Counted from the first letter of the stretch, positions 50,824 through 60,156 are shown. The stretch is 64,000 nt of DNA from Acholeplasmatales bacterium (GCA_003539625.1 DPOU01000003.1:21590-85589), one strand, 5' to 3'. Notes: generated from the letters alone by a model not told the origin. Numbers and translations: made by a program.

Positions 50824-50924
50824 ATTATATTTTGGTTTCCAATTATGACTCTATCTACCTTTGGTAAATTATAATTTGGTTTAAATAAATTCTTTAAAAT
50901 TTATATCCCCCCCTATTTACATTT

Positions 50925-53342
50925 TTAAATTACGATACTAACTAGTTTATTTGGAACTACAATAATCTTTTTAGGTATAGCACCAGCAAGATTTGCAATA
51001 ATTTTAGGACTATTTAATGCCAATCTTTCAAGTTCTTCTTTTGGAGTATTAATAGCAACTTGTAGTTTATCACGCAATTTACCATTTACTTGTACCACAA
51101 CAGTAATTTCTTGGTTAATAGTCTTATGTTCTTCGAATGTTGGCCAACTTTCATATGTTATTGTGTTAGTATGACCTATATAATTCCAAAGTTCTTCACC
51201 TAAATGTGGTGCGAATGGATAAACCATCTTAATATATCCTTCTAGATATTCTTTTGGCATAGTAGGATTTTTATAAGCTTCATTTGCAAAAATCATAAGT
51301 TGCGAGATTGCGGTATTATATCTTAAATTTTCAATATCCTCACTAACTTTTTTAACTGTTTGGTGATAAATTTTTTCAAGCGAATGATCATTTTCATCTA
51401 TTTTCACAACTTCAGTAACTAAACGATAAACACGTTCAAGGAAACGTCTAGCACCATCTACACCAGTTGTTGACCAGGGTTTCATAGCATCAAGTGGTCC
51501 CATAAACATTTCATATACTCTTAAAGTATCAGCGCCATAGCTTTCAACTATATCATCAGGATTTATTACATTACCTCTAGATTTAGACATTTTAACTCCA
51601 TCTTCACCTAAAATCATTCCTTGATTGAATAATTTATAGAAAGGTTCTTTTGAAGTTACAATGCCGCAATCATATAATACTTTATGCCAGAATCTTGCAT
51701 ATAGTAAGTGTAGTACCGCATGTTCTGCACCACCAATATATAAATCAACTGGAAGCCAACTGTTAACCATTTTTTGAACATTCGGATCTGTTAAATCTAA
51801 CATTTTACCATCATCTTTTAGCAAATATCCAATATAATACCAACAGCTACCTGCCCATTGTGGCATAGTATTGGTTTCTCTGCGTCCTTTTACACCATCT
51901 GCTCTTGTCACTTCTAACCATTCTTTAGCATTAGCAAGTGGACTTTCACCAGTACCAGATTTTTTAAGGTTAGTCATTATAGGTAATTCTAATGGTAAAT
52001 CCTTTTCATCTAATAATTCAATAGTACCATCTTCCCAGTGAATTATTGGGAATGGTTCACCCCAATATCTTTGTCTTGAGAAAATCCAGTCACGTAAACG
52101 ATAGTTTACTGATAACTTACCAATATTTTTTTCGACTAAGAATTCGCCCATTTTTTTAATAGCATCTTCTTTATTTAAGCCATTTAAGAATCCTGAATTA
52201 ATGTGTATACCATCTTTAGTATATGCTTCTTTGGTAACATCTCCACCTTCTAAAACTGGAATGATATCTAAATTAAATTTCTTAGCAAAGGCATAATCGC
52301 GTTCATCGTGAGCAGGTACTGCCATAATAGCTCCTGTTCCATAACTTACTAGTACATAATCAGCAATCCAAATAGGAATTTCTTTTCCATTTACGGGATT
52401 AATTGCATATGCTCCTGTAAAGCAACCAGTTTTTTCTTTATTTAATTCTGTACGATCTAAATCAGATTTAGCTTTTGCGAAATTAACATACTCTTTTACA
52501 GCATTAAGTTGTTCTGATGTTGTAATTTTTTCCACTAGTGGATGTTCTGGAGCAAGTACACAATATGTAGCACCAAACAATGTATCACAACGAGTTGTAA
52601 ACACCGTAAATTTTTCTTCACTATTTTTTACTTTAAAATCAACTAGTGCCCCTTTACTTTTGCCAATCCAATTTCTTTGCATTTCTTTAATTGATTCAGG
52701 CCAATCAATTTCATCTAAATCTTTTAATAATCTTTCAGCATAAGCAGTTATTTTTAATACCCATTGTTTCATAGGACGTTTTTCAACTGGGAATTCACCA
52801 CGTTCACTAACCATCTTACCATTTACGTTAATTATTTCTTCGTTAGCAAGTACAGTTCCTAATCCTTCACACCAATTTACTTCGATTTCCTTTAATTCAG
52901 CAAGACCTTTTTTGTATAATTGGCAAAAAATCCATTGTGTCCATTTAAAATATTCTGGATCACATGTTGCAATTTCTCTAGTCCAATCGTATGATAAACC
53001 AAGCATTTTAATTTGTCTTTTAAAATTAGCGATATTTTTATAAGTAAATTCTCTTGGATCATTTCCAGTTTTTATCGCATATTGTTCAGCAGGAAGACCA
53101 AATGCATCCCAACCCATTGGGTGCATTACATTAAAGCCTTTCATTCTTTTGTATCTACAAATAATATCGGTTGCGGTATAACCTTCAGGATGACCTACAT
53201 GTAAACCAGCTCCACTAGGATATGGGAACATATCCATAGCATAGTATTTAGGCTTATCAGAATAAGATGGAGTTTTAAATGTTTGATTTTTATCCCAATA
53301 TTCTTGCCATTTTTTATCAATTTGTATGTGATTATAACTCAT
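50925..53342 (-). CDS. leuS: leucine--tRNA ligase
   Basis: HVGHPEGY (HIGH) and KMSKS. The size is 805 aa and includes a CP1 editing domain. Confidence 0.96.
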   Translation of the reverse strand: MSYNHIQIDKKWQEYWDKNQTFKTPSYSDKPKYYAMDMFPYPSGAGLHVGHPEGYTATDIICRYKRMKGFNVMHPMGWDAFGLPAEQYAIKTGNDPREFTYKNIANFKRQIKMLGLSYDWTREIATCDPEYFKWTQWIFCQLYKKGLAELKEIEVNWCEGLGTVLANEEIINVNGKMVSERGEFPVEKRPMKQWVLKITAYAERLLKDLDEIDWPESIKEMQRNWIGKSKGALVDFKVKNSEEKFTVFTTRCDTLFGATYCVLAPEHPLVEKITTSEQLNAVKEYVNFAKAKSDLDRTELNKEKTGCFTGAYAINPVNGKEIPIWIADYVLVSYGTGAIMAVPAHDERDYAFAKKFNLDIIPVLEGGDVTKEAYTKDGIHINSGFLNGLNKEDAIKKMGEFLVEKNIGKLSVNYRLRDWIFSRQRYWGEPFPIIHWEDGTIELLDEKDLPLELPIMTNLKKSGTGESPLANAKEWLEVTRADGVKGRRETNTMPQWAGSCWYYIGYLLKDDGKMLDLTDPNVQKMVNSWLPVDLYIGGAEHAVLHLLYARFWHKVLYDCGIVTSKEPFYKLFNQGMILGEDGVKMSKSRGNVINPDDIVESYGADTLRVYEMFMGPLDAMKPWSTTGVDGARRFLERVYRLVTEVVKIDENDHSLEKIYHQTVKKVSEDIENLRYNTAISQLMIFANEAYKNPTMPKEYLEGYIKMVYPFAPHLGEELWNYIGHTNTITYESWPTFEEHKTINQEITVVVQVNGKLRDKLQVAINTPKEELERLALNSPKIIANLAGAIPKKIIVVPNKLVSIVI

Positions 53343-53354
53343 TTTTCTATTCTC

Positions 53355-54305
53355 CTATTTGTTATCTTTATTGTTAGTTATTGAATTCGCTAGTTGTTGC
53401 AATGCATAATATCTTATGGCAATTAACAAATAAATAACTGAAATTACTTCTCCTAAAATGTAAATTATTGCGCTTGACCAAAAAATTGATAAAACATTAA
53501 ACACGACTCTTGGTGTATATGTTAAAACGATTAAAGAAAAGATCTTTTTGAAAGGTAGTCCCATCTTATAATATAATAGTTTTACTACCACCGCAAAAAT
53601 TAATGCTTCAAGTAAAAAATTTATTATTCCAACAAGATAAGTTATCGGACAAGTGGTAAGTAGAATTAGTGTCTTATTCTTGTTATAACATGATACAACT
53701 AATTCATTTATTTTTCTTGCAAAGCTAGTTTTATTACTACTTACACCACCAAAATCGATAGGTACAGCCCCTAATTTATCATAAGTAATTTTCATTGCTT
53801 GATAGTTCATTTTTAAACTTGCAACATTTTGCTTGCCATCATCAAAATGATATTTTTTACCCTCATAAGTAGAAACAAACAATCTTGCATGATCTTTAGT
53901 AAATTGTAAGAAGATTAATGATTTACCAACCATTTCATTAGGTAATTGATATTCAGTAAGTGCAAGTTCTTCATTACTGAAAAGCATTACAAAACTACTA
54001 CCATTAAAATCTTTTACATATACATACTGAGGAGTTGCATTATTTTTAGTCATTTCTAAAGTAATACTTGAATCCTCATTTTTAACTAATGCGTAATTTA
54101 TTGTTTCTGAACTAGCAAAACTATTTGTAATGCTATCTTGTTGATTTTGGTTTAAACCATTAAAAGTTGTCAATGTCATAATGTTTGGTAACACATAAAT
54201 CAATACTAATAAAAGAAAATATAATAATTTCTTTCCAAATTTTTGATCAACGTATTTATATATTTTACTAGGTTTTATTAAGCAGTCTTTAAACTTATTG
54301 TACAT
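53355..54305 (-). CDS. DUF1189-like polytopic membrane protein
   Basis: MYNKFKDCLIKPSKIYKYV N-terminus, a large extracytoplasmic loop and C-terminal TM helices. ATG at 54305 is preceded by AAGGAGAG. The family call is from memory. Confidence 0.5.
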   Translation of the reverse strand: MYNKFKDCLIKPSKIYKYVDQKFGKKLLYFLLLVLIYVLPNIMTLTTFNGLNQNQQDSITNSFASSETINYALVKNEDSSITLEMTKNNATPQYVYVKDFNGSSFVMLFSNEELALTEYQLPNEMVGKSLIFLQFTKDHARLFVSTYEGKKYHFDDGKQNVASLKMNYQAMKITYDKLGAVPIDFGGVSSNKTSFARKINELVVSCYNKNKTLILLTTCPITYLVGIINFLLEALIFAVVVKLLYYKMGLPFKKIFSLIVLTYTPRVVFNVLSIFWSSAIIYILGEVISVIYLLIAIRYYALQQLANSITNNKDNK

Positions 54306-54330
54306 ACCTATTACTCTCCTTTTTTTAGAT

Positions 54331-54359
54331 ATTATACCATATTTTAGCAACATTGTAAA
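54331..54359 (-). promoter_or_regulatory. sigma-A promoter for the DUF1189-leuS transcript
   Basis: Minus strand has TTTACA, a 17-nt spacer, then TATAAT with a TGg extended -10. The leader is only about 20 nt. Confidence 0.55.
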
Positions 54360-54483
54360 ACTTTATGAAATTTGTTTTTTTACACAATTTATTTTTTTAG
54401 AAAAGGTTTTCATTTTTAACTTATTATAGTTGAAAAATAACTTTAAATATGATAAAATAAACGTGTATACGAGGAGGTATATA

Positions 54484-56601
54484 ATGACGAACAAAATATT
54501 CAAAAAAACAATGTTTGCACTAACTATTTGTGCATGTTTGTTCTCACTAACACTTTTCACAGCAAAAGCTGGTTCTGTTTCTGGCATTAGTTATTTAAAT
54601 GCTTCCGTTGGTGAAACTTATGATAAAGTTGGCATTGCCTACCACTGTTCAGAAGATGAATCATATGTTTTATATGGTACTTCTATTAGTGGAAATAGTA
54701 TAGTAAACCCTACAAAAGTAGAATCTACTTCTATCCTTTGGAAATATGATGCTACTGAAGAAGATAAAACTAAAGGTTATGGTTTTGATGAAAGATATGT
54801 ATGTAAAGCTAATTTAACTGATTTAAAGCCTGCTACTACTTATTATTATCAAGCAGTATCCAATTCAACAAAATCTACAATTCAACAATTTACTACCGCC
54901 AGTAATTCTGGTGAAAAAAAGGCTTTTCTATTCTTAACTGATATTCAAAGTTCTGGTTCTTCTTTTGGAAACGCCGAAACTTTAATGCAAGTATTATTAA
55001 ACAATACCGTAATTAAACCTAATCTAGTATTTATGACTGGTGATCAAGTTGACCGTGGTGGTATTGAACAACAATGGATTGATTATTATAAATACGTTCC
55101 TTCACTATCAAATATTTTACAAGCAACTCTTCCTGGAAACCATGAATATTATTTAAACAGCGGTGGTAGTTATGTTAGTAATGAAGTTTACAACCAATTC
55201 TATAACAACCCTCTTAATGGTCCAAGCGATCGACTTGGTTCTTCTTATTATTTCGTTTATGACCAAATATTATTCATTATGTTGGACACTGTTAAGACAA
55301 ATTATAGTGTTAATGCTCAACAAGAATGGTTTAGAAATGTTGTAAAGAATAATCCTTCACAATGGATTATTGTTGGATCACATCCAGGCTTATATGCAAC
55401 TGGTGCATATTCTGAAGATGCAAAAATCATGCGTAGAAACTGGCTAAAAGTATTTGAAGAATGCCAAGTGGACTTAGCTCTTAATGGTCATGAACACGTT
55501 TATGCTCGTAAAAATATCCGTTACAATGGAAATCCATCTAGTGAAACTGCTGGTCCAAAAGATGAAGATTTTGGTATAACATATTTAGCAGGTAGTGCTG
55601 CTGGTTTGAAACTTTATGGTGATAAAGCAAAACCTTCACTATTAGAAGATTATGATTACTATGACAAATTTACTAATAATACAGGTTGCATAATCACTGT
55701 TAGTGACAACCGTATTGAAGTCAAACAATACACTGGTGGTGGTATTAAAAAAGATGAGTTCACAATTGAAGCTAAACGTCCTAAAACTATTGAAAATATC
55801 ACACCTGAAAACGCTATTGATTCATTCAATTTAGAATATGATCCTACTACAGAAAAAGTTAGAATTACTTGGGCTGAAGAATTATATGGTAACGTACAAG
55901 ACATATTTATTAAGGGCGGTTACAAAGATAAAGATACTATCGTAGTTTCTTCAAGTAAATTATGTTACAAAGAATACAAAGTTGTCGATACAGAACTTAA
56001 CTGGAATTGGCATATTACACTTACAATGAGAGATGGAACAGTTCTTGAAAAAGATTTACCACTTATTCTAAACCCTGATATAATAAAATATCAAATTACT
56101 TATGATCTAGATGGTGGAGTAAACAACCCTGATAATCCAACTGAATATTGTGGAGGAGATTTACCAATAGAATTAAAAGATCCTACTAAAGAAGGTTATG
56201 AATTTGTTAAATGGACTTTAGATGGTCGTCGTGCAACAGGCATAAAAGAAGGAAAAACAGGCGATTTTCATTTTGTTGCAGAATGGAAAAAGATTGTTCA
56301 ACACACAATAACATTCAACAGTGATGGTGGAACAGATGTAGAATCTCAAACTGTTACTGAAGGTGAAAGAGTTTCTGAACCTGCTGCTCCAACAAAAGAA
56401 GGCTATACTTTCATTGGTTGGTACGATGGCGATACAAAATTTGATTTTACTACTAGAATTGCAAAAGATTATACATTAACTGCAAAATATGAGCAAATTT
56501 CTACTGGAAAGAAAAACTGTAAAAAGAGTTCATTAGCTGTTATTTTAGCTAGTACATTATTACTTTCTTCTTGTCTTGTAATATTTAGAAAGAAAAAATA
56601 A
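54484..56601 (+). CDS. surface metallophosphoesterase (purple-acid-phosphatase-like) fused to two Listeria-Bacteroides repeats and a C-terminal TM tail
   Basis: GAGGAGG lies 5 nt upstream of ATG 54484. There is a signal peptide (MTNKIFKKTMFALTICACLFSLTLFTAKA). Calcineurin-like motifs are GDQVDRG, PGNHEY and GHEHVYAR. Two repeats carry GYEFVKWTLDG and GYTFIGWYDG. The C-terminus is LAVILASTLLLSSCLVIFRKKK. Confidence 0.8.
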   Translation: MTNKIFKKTMFALTICACLFSLTLFTAKAGSVSGISYLNASVGETYDKVGIAYHCSEDESYVLYGTSISGNSIVNPTKVESTSILWKYDATEEDKTKGYGFDERYVCKANLTDLKPATTYYYQAVSNSTKSTIQQFTTASNSGEKKAFLFLTDIQSSGSSFGNAETLMQVLLNNTVIKPNLVFMTGDQVDRGGIEQQWIDYYKYVPSLSNILQATLPGNHEYYLNSGGSYVSNEVYNQFYNNPLNGPSDRLGSSYYFVYDQILFIMLDTVKTNYSVNAQQEWFRNVVKNNPSQWIIVGSHPGLYATGAYSEDAKIMRRNWLKVFEECQVDLALNGHEHVYARKNIRYNGNPSSETAGPKDEDFGITYLAGSAAGLKLYGDKAKPSLLEDYDYYDKFTNNTGCIITVSDNRIEVKQYTGGGIKKDEFTIEAKRPKTIENITPENAIDSFNLEYDPTTEKVRITWAEELYGNVQDIFIKGGYKDKDTIVVSSSKLCYKEYKVVDTELNWNWHITLTMRDGTVLEKDLPLILNPDIIKYQITYDLDGGVNNPDNPTEYCGGDLPIELKDPTKEGYEFVKWTLDGRRATGIKEGKTGDFHFVAEWKKIVQHTITFNSDGGTDVESQTVTEGERVSEPAAPTKEGYTFIGWYDGDTKFDFTTRIAKDYTLTAKYEQISTGKKNCKKSSLAVILASTLLLSSCLVIFRKKK

Positions 56602-56612
56602 TTAGCAATATA

Positions 56613-56644
56613 AAAAGTTAGCATTATTATGCTAACTTTTTTTT
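56613..56644 (+). terminator. rho-independent terminator after the phosphoesterase gene
   Basis: AAAAGTTAGCAT-tatt-ATGCTAACTTTT is followed by TTTT. Confidence 0.8.
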
Positions 56645-56988
56645 AATCTATTCCTTTTAATGATTCTACCATATTAATCTTTTTATTCTTTTTTGTTATA
56701 AAGAACCTTACTACGAAAGATAAAAGGCACATTAATAAACTCGTATGTAAATAAGTTATCCAACTTAATACAGGTACCATTTCATATTCCGATGTATGTT
56801 TTTTATTAGAATTTTTAAAGTTAAATCACCAACAGGTAACCCCACTACAAGACCGATTATTGTGAGCCACAAATTTTGGCTTATTAATAATCTTCCATTT
56901 TTTTATCTTTAAACCCCACTACTTTGACTATATATGATTTTTCTTCACCAACTTTTAAATCAAGCTTTTTTGCAAATCTATAAGCCAT
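56644..56988 (-). pseudogene. degenerate remnant of an FtsX-family ABC transporter permease
   Basis: Three frame-shifted pieces appear on the minus strand: MAYRFAKKLDLKVGEEKSYIVKVVGFKDKKMEDY*, then LLISQNLWLTIIGLVVGLPVGDLTLKILIKNI..., then VLSWITYLHTSLLMCLLSFVVRFFITKKNKKINMVESLKGID*. The last piece has the characteristic FtsX C-terminal (I/V)xxxx(I/V)NMVExLK ending. Confidence 0.55.
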
Positions 56989-57058
56989 TTTTTTCAATCA
57001 TGATTAAGTATTTAATCTCCAATGTTGATATATTCATAATTATATCTTTAATCTTTCT

Positions 57059-57238
57059 TTAATCTTTGCCAATATTTTCTTTTTTTACTACTTTACAGCA
57101 GCTTTCTCTATGAGGACAACAACAACATCCTGATGAACAACATGGTTTTCCTTTTTTCTTATTTACGATTTTTAATATAAATGGAAGAAAAACCAAACCA
57201 ATAGCTACTATCATTATTATATATTCAAACCATTTCAT
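57059..57238 (-). CDS. FeoB-associated Cys-rich small membrane protein
   Basis: Own translation gives MKWFEYIIMIVAIGLVFLPFILKIVNKKKGKPCCSSGCCCCPHRESCCKVVKKENIGKD (59 aa, one TM helix plus 8 Cys). It lies 28 nt downstream of the feoB stop, with GGAGATG upstream. It is below the ORF-track cut-off. Confidence 0.7.
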   Translation of the reverse strand: MKWFEYIIMIVAIGLVFLPFILKIVNKKKGKPCCSSGCCCCPHRESCCKVVKKENIGKD

Positions 57239-57266
57239 ATTAACATCTCCTTATTATTTAATATTA

Positions 57267-59489
57267 TTATTTTGCAACATTTAAATTCTTTTTAACACGA
57301 CGACTAACGTTCATTGCAAGAACTACTATACCAGCAATTAATAATGCAATTACTAATAAGCCTAAAATCCATGAGAATTCACATAATGTTCCAATCCAGT
57401 ATACTAACAATGAAATTACATATGAAGCACCTAACCACCATGCAATTGTTACTAAGAAGCCTTTCTTACTACTTTCAGATTTAGCAGTAGCAACTGCAGC
57501 CATACAAGGTAATGTAAATAAGTTATATACTGCGAATGCATAAATTGCGGCATTGCTTAATTCGATTGTACCTTCTTCTAATCCAAGTGAAGCCATTGTT
57601 GCAACAACATCTTCTTTTGCGATTAAACCTGTAATAGAAGCAACTGAATATTTCCAGCCATCTGCACCCATTGCCCAACCAAGAGGATAGAATACATACT
57701 TTAATAATCTACCTAAATCAGCTATCATACTATCTTCGATTTCAACCATTCCTTGCCAGAATGCCCATTTGAAATTAGATAAGAACCAAATTACAATGAT
57801 AGATGCTGTGATAATTGTTGAAGCTTTGTATAGGAAGTGTTTGAATTTTTCCCATAAGTGTGCCATTAAGTTCTTAACTTGAGGTCTATGATATGCAGGA
57901 AGTTCCATAATGAATGGAGGTACTTCATGATTCTTGCTGAATAACTTCATGATGATTGCAGAAACAATTGCAATTACGATACCGAATAGATAAATTGAGA
58001 ATACGAAGATATCACCTAAGAAGTGTCCACTTACTACTGCAGCTAACATAGCCCAAATTGAAGCTTTGGCACCACAGCTGAAGAATGGAGTTACTCTAAT
58101 TGTCATATCACGTTCTTTTTCATCTTCAAGAGTTTTTGTAGCCATCATAGCAGGAACGCTACAACCAAATCCCATTAATAGTGGAATGAAGGCTTTACCA
58201 GATAAACCAAATTTTCTGAATGCTCTATCCATAATGAAAGCAACACGTGCCATATATCCAGAATCTTCTAGAATTGATATGAATAAGAATAATAGTAATA
58301 CTTGTGGAATGAAACTAAAGATAGAATCAATACCAGTTAAGATACCATCTACTACTAAACCTGTATACCAAGTTCCTTCAGGCATGAAACCATTGAACAA
58401 ATCAATAATTGATCCTGTTAACCAACCCATCCAACTTTGTAGGAAGATACCGATTGATGGAACACTAATTCCAGTAAATACTTCACCGGCTTCAAGAGCT
58501 TCTTCAACTAAGCCATCATATCCCATTCCTGTGAAGAAATTAATCCAGCCTGGATTTGTTACTTCTACTCCGAATAAACCATTTAAGAATAGTAAATCTT
58601 CAGAGAAAACTAAATGGAATACTACAAACATAATTAGAAGGAAGATAGGAATACTCCAAATACGATGAGTCAATACTTTATCAATCTTATCAGATTTTGA
58701 AATTGTATTATCTTTTTCTTTCTTAATTACTGTATTAGAGAAATTACTTGTAATATATTTATATCTTTCATCTGCAACGATTGCTTCAAAGTCACCATCA
58801 AAAGCAGAACTATCAACTTTTGATTTTAATTCGCTTACTTCCGCAATAATATCTTTATGATTAGCAACTTCTAAGTCATCATTTTCAATTAATTTTATTG
58901 CATGGAATAATGGACTACTTACTCTACTTTCAAATTGTTCAGCAGTTTTATTAACTAATGCTAATAATTCAGCGTTTTGAATTACTGTAGTTCCTTTTCT
59001 AGGTTTCTTAGCGATATTGTATGCTTTTTTCATTAATTCATCAATACCTTCACCTTTTAAGGCACTAATTTCAACAACTGGTACGCCTAATTTCTTTTCT
59101 AATTCTTTAGTTAAAATAGTAGTACCTGATTGTTTTACTACGTCCATCATGTTTAATGCAATAATCATTGGTGCATCTACTTCTAACAATTGAGTTGTTA
59201 AATATAGATTTCTTTCTAGGTTAGTTGCATCAACAACATTGATAATACAATCTGGATGTTCATCGATAACAAAATTTCTTGAAACAACTTCTTCTGGTGT
59301 ATAAGGACTTAAAGAATAGATACCTGGTAAGTCAACGATATCAACCTTATCACCTAATTTTTTATAAACACCTTCACGCTTATCTACTGTAACACCTGGC
59401 CAGTTACCAACGTGTGCAGTTGAACCTGTTAATTCATTAAATAGCGTAGTCTTACCACAGTTAGGATTTCCCGCTAATGCAAACTTCAT
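57267..59489 (-). CDS. feoB: ferrous iron transporter FeoB
   Basis: N-terminal G-domain GNPNCGKTTLFN, DLPG and NMMD, followed by a polytopic membrane domain. Confidence 0.96.
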   Translation of the reverse strand: MKFALAGNPNCGKTTLFNELTGSTAHVGNWPGVTVDKREGVYKKLGDKVDIVDLPGIYSLSPYTPEEVVSRNFVIDEHPDCIINVVDATNLERNLYLTTQLLEVDAPMIIALNMMDVVKQSGTTILTKELEKKLGVPVVEISALKGEGIDELMKKAYNIAKKPRKGTTVIQNAELLALVNKTAEQFESRVSSPLFHAIKLIENDDLEVANHKDIIAEVSELKSKVDSSAFDGDFEAIVADERYKYITSNFSNTVIKKEKDNTISKSDKIDKVLTHRIWSIPIFLLIMFVVFHLVFSEDLLFLNGLFGVEVTNPGWINFFTGMGYDGLVEEALEAGEVFTGISVPSIGIFLQSWMGWLTGSIIDLFNGFMPEGTWYTGLVVDGILTGIDSIFSFIPQVLLLFLFISILEDSGYMARVAFIMDRAFRKFGLSGKAFIPLLMGFGCSVPAMMATKTLEDEKERDMTIRVTPFFSCGAKASIWAMLAAVVSGHFLGDIFVFSIYLFGIVIAIVSAIIMKLFSKNHEVPPFIMELPAYHRPQVKNLMAHLWEKFKHFLYKASTIITASIIVIWFLSNFKWAFWQGMVEIEDSMIADLGRLLKYVFYPLGWAMGADGWKYSVASITGLIAKEDVVATMASLGLEEGTIELSNAAIYAFAVYNLFTLPCMAAVATAKSESSKKGFLVTIAWWLGASYVISLLVYWIGTLCEFSWILGLLVIALLIAGIVVLAMNVSRRVKKNLNVAK

Positions 59490-59722
59490 TATTCAACAAC
59501 CTCCATTAATATTTTGTTAGCTTCATCTTTTCTTAAAGTTAATTCATAACCTCTAATTGTTACCTCAATTGGATCACCAAGTGGAGCTAATTTTTTTAAA
59601 TAAATCTCTGTATTAGGAGTAACTCCCATATCAAATAGTCTTCTTTTGATTTTGCCTTCAGCTTCAATCTTTTTAACTATTCCCTTTTGACCTACAACAA
59701 ACTCGTTTAAATGTTTTTCCAT
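59489..59722 (-). CDS. feoA: FeoA domain protein (second copy)
   Basis: A 77-aa SH3-like FeoA (VGQKGIVKKIEAEGKIKRRLFDMGVTPNTEI). It overlaps the feoB start by 1 nt. Confidence 0.88.
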   Translation of the reverse strand: MEKHLNEFVVGQKGIVKKIEAEGKIKRRLFDMGVTPNTEIYLKKLAPLGDPIEVTIRGYELTLRKDEANKILMEVVE

Positions 59723-59737
59723 TTTATTTTATCCTTT

Positions 59738-59950
59738 CTACGCAACGATTATTTTTAATGCTGTATCTTTGTTTAAGGCAAGTGTAGTGTCCAAAACCTT
59801 AATTATTAAATCATTTGCAGAATGTGATACAACTGTAACTTCTGTACCAACGCAAAGTCCTAAACTTAATAAATGATGTTTTGTCTTTTCATCTGTTAAT
59901 ATCTTAGCAATTCTTATTTTTGTTTCTAATGGTGCTAAAAATAATGGCAT
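59738..59950 (-). CDS. feoA: FeoA domain protein (first copy)
   Basis: A 70-aa FeoA (KIRIAKILTDEKTKHHLLSLGLCVGTEVTVV). Confidence 0.85.
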   Translation of the reverse strand: MPLFLAPLETKIRIAKILTDEKTKHHLLSLGLCVGTEVTVVSHSANDLIIKVLDTTLALNKDTALKIIVA

Positions 59951-59965
59951 ATTATTTCCTTTCTA

Positions 59966-59981
59966 GTTAGCAATTGCTAAC
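59966..59981. promoter_or_regulatory. operator-like perfect palindrome GTTAGCAATTGCTAAC (copy 1, between a -10-like hexamer and the feoA SD)
   Basis: A 16-bp perfect palindrome, identical to copy 3. An ATTATA (TATAAT on the minus strand) lies at 59984..59989. Confidence 0.6.
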
Positions 59982-60020
59982 CAATTATACTTTTTAAAAG
60001 TCACCTTATTGCCGGTGACC

Positions 60021-60036
60021 GTTAGCCGTCGCTAAC
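60021..60036. promoter_or_regulatory. operator-like palindrome GTTAGCCGTCGCTAAC (copy 2)
   Basis: Same 6-bp arms GTTAGC/GCTAAC, with a different central tetranucleotide. Confidence 0.5.
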
Positions 60037-60073
60037 TAATATTGCTTTCAAAAACTACCGAAGTTGGTAGTAA

Positions 60074-60089
60074 GTTAGCAATTGCTAAC
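60074..60089. promoter_or_regulatory. operator-like perfect palindrome GTTAGCAATTGCTAAC (copy 3, overlapping the predicted feo transcription start)
   Basis: It lies 10-25 nt downstream of the -10 of the TTGACT-16-TATAAT promoter. Confidence 0.6.
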
Positions 60090-60098
60090 ATCACTAAT

Positions 60099-60126
60099 AT
60101 TATACTGATTTTTTTAATAAAGTCAA
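60099..60126 (-). promoter_or_regulatory. sigma-A promoter for feoA-feoA-feoB
   Basis: Minus strand has TTGACT (60126..60121), a 16-nt spacer, then TATAAT (60104..60099). Confidence 0.55.
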
Positions 60127-60156
60127 TAGTTTATTAGTGAAAAACGTTTACAATAG

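Noticed and set aside
54363-54587. 74-aa minus-strand ORF spanning the divergent promoter region and the start of the phosphoesterase gene
   Set aside because: It overlaps the SD and signal-peptide coding region of the plus-strand gene and reads through promoter hexamers. The peptide is hydrophobic and low-complexity, with no SD.
56617-56636. Fourth GTTAGC…GCTAAC site (GTTAGCATTATTATGCTAAC)
   Set aside because: The arms are the same hexamers as the feo operators, but the spacing is 8 rather than 4. The palindrome extends into a classic A-tract/stem/T-tract terminator directly after a stop codon, so it is most simply a terminator.
58066-58668. 200-aa plus-strand ORF inside feoB
   Set aside because: It is antisense to a confidently identified feoB. 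Its composition is low-complexity and Ser/Pro/Asn-rich, typical of a shadow frame, and it has no SD.
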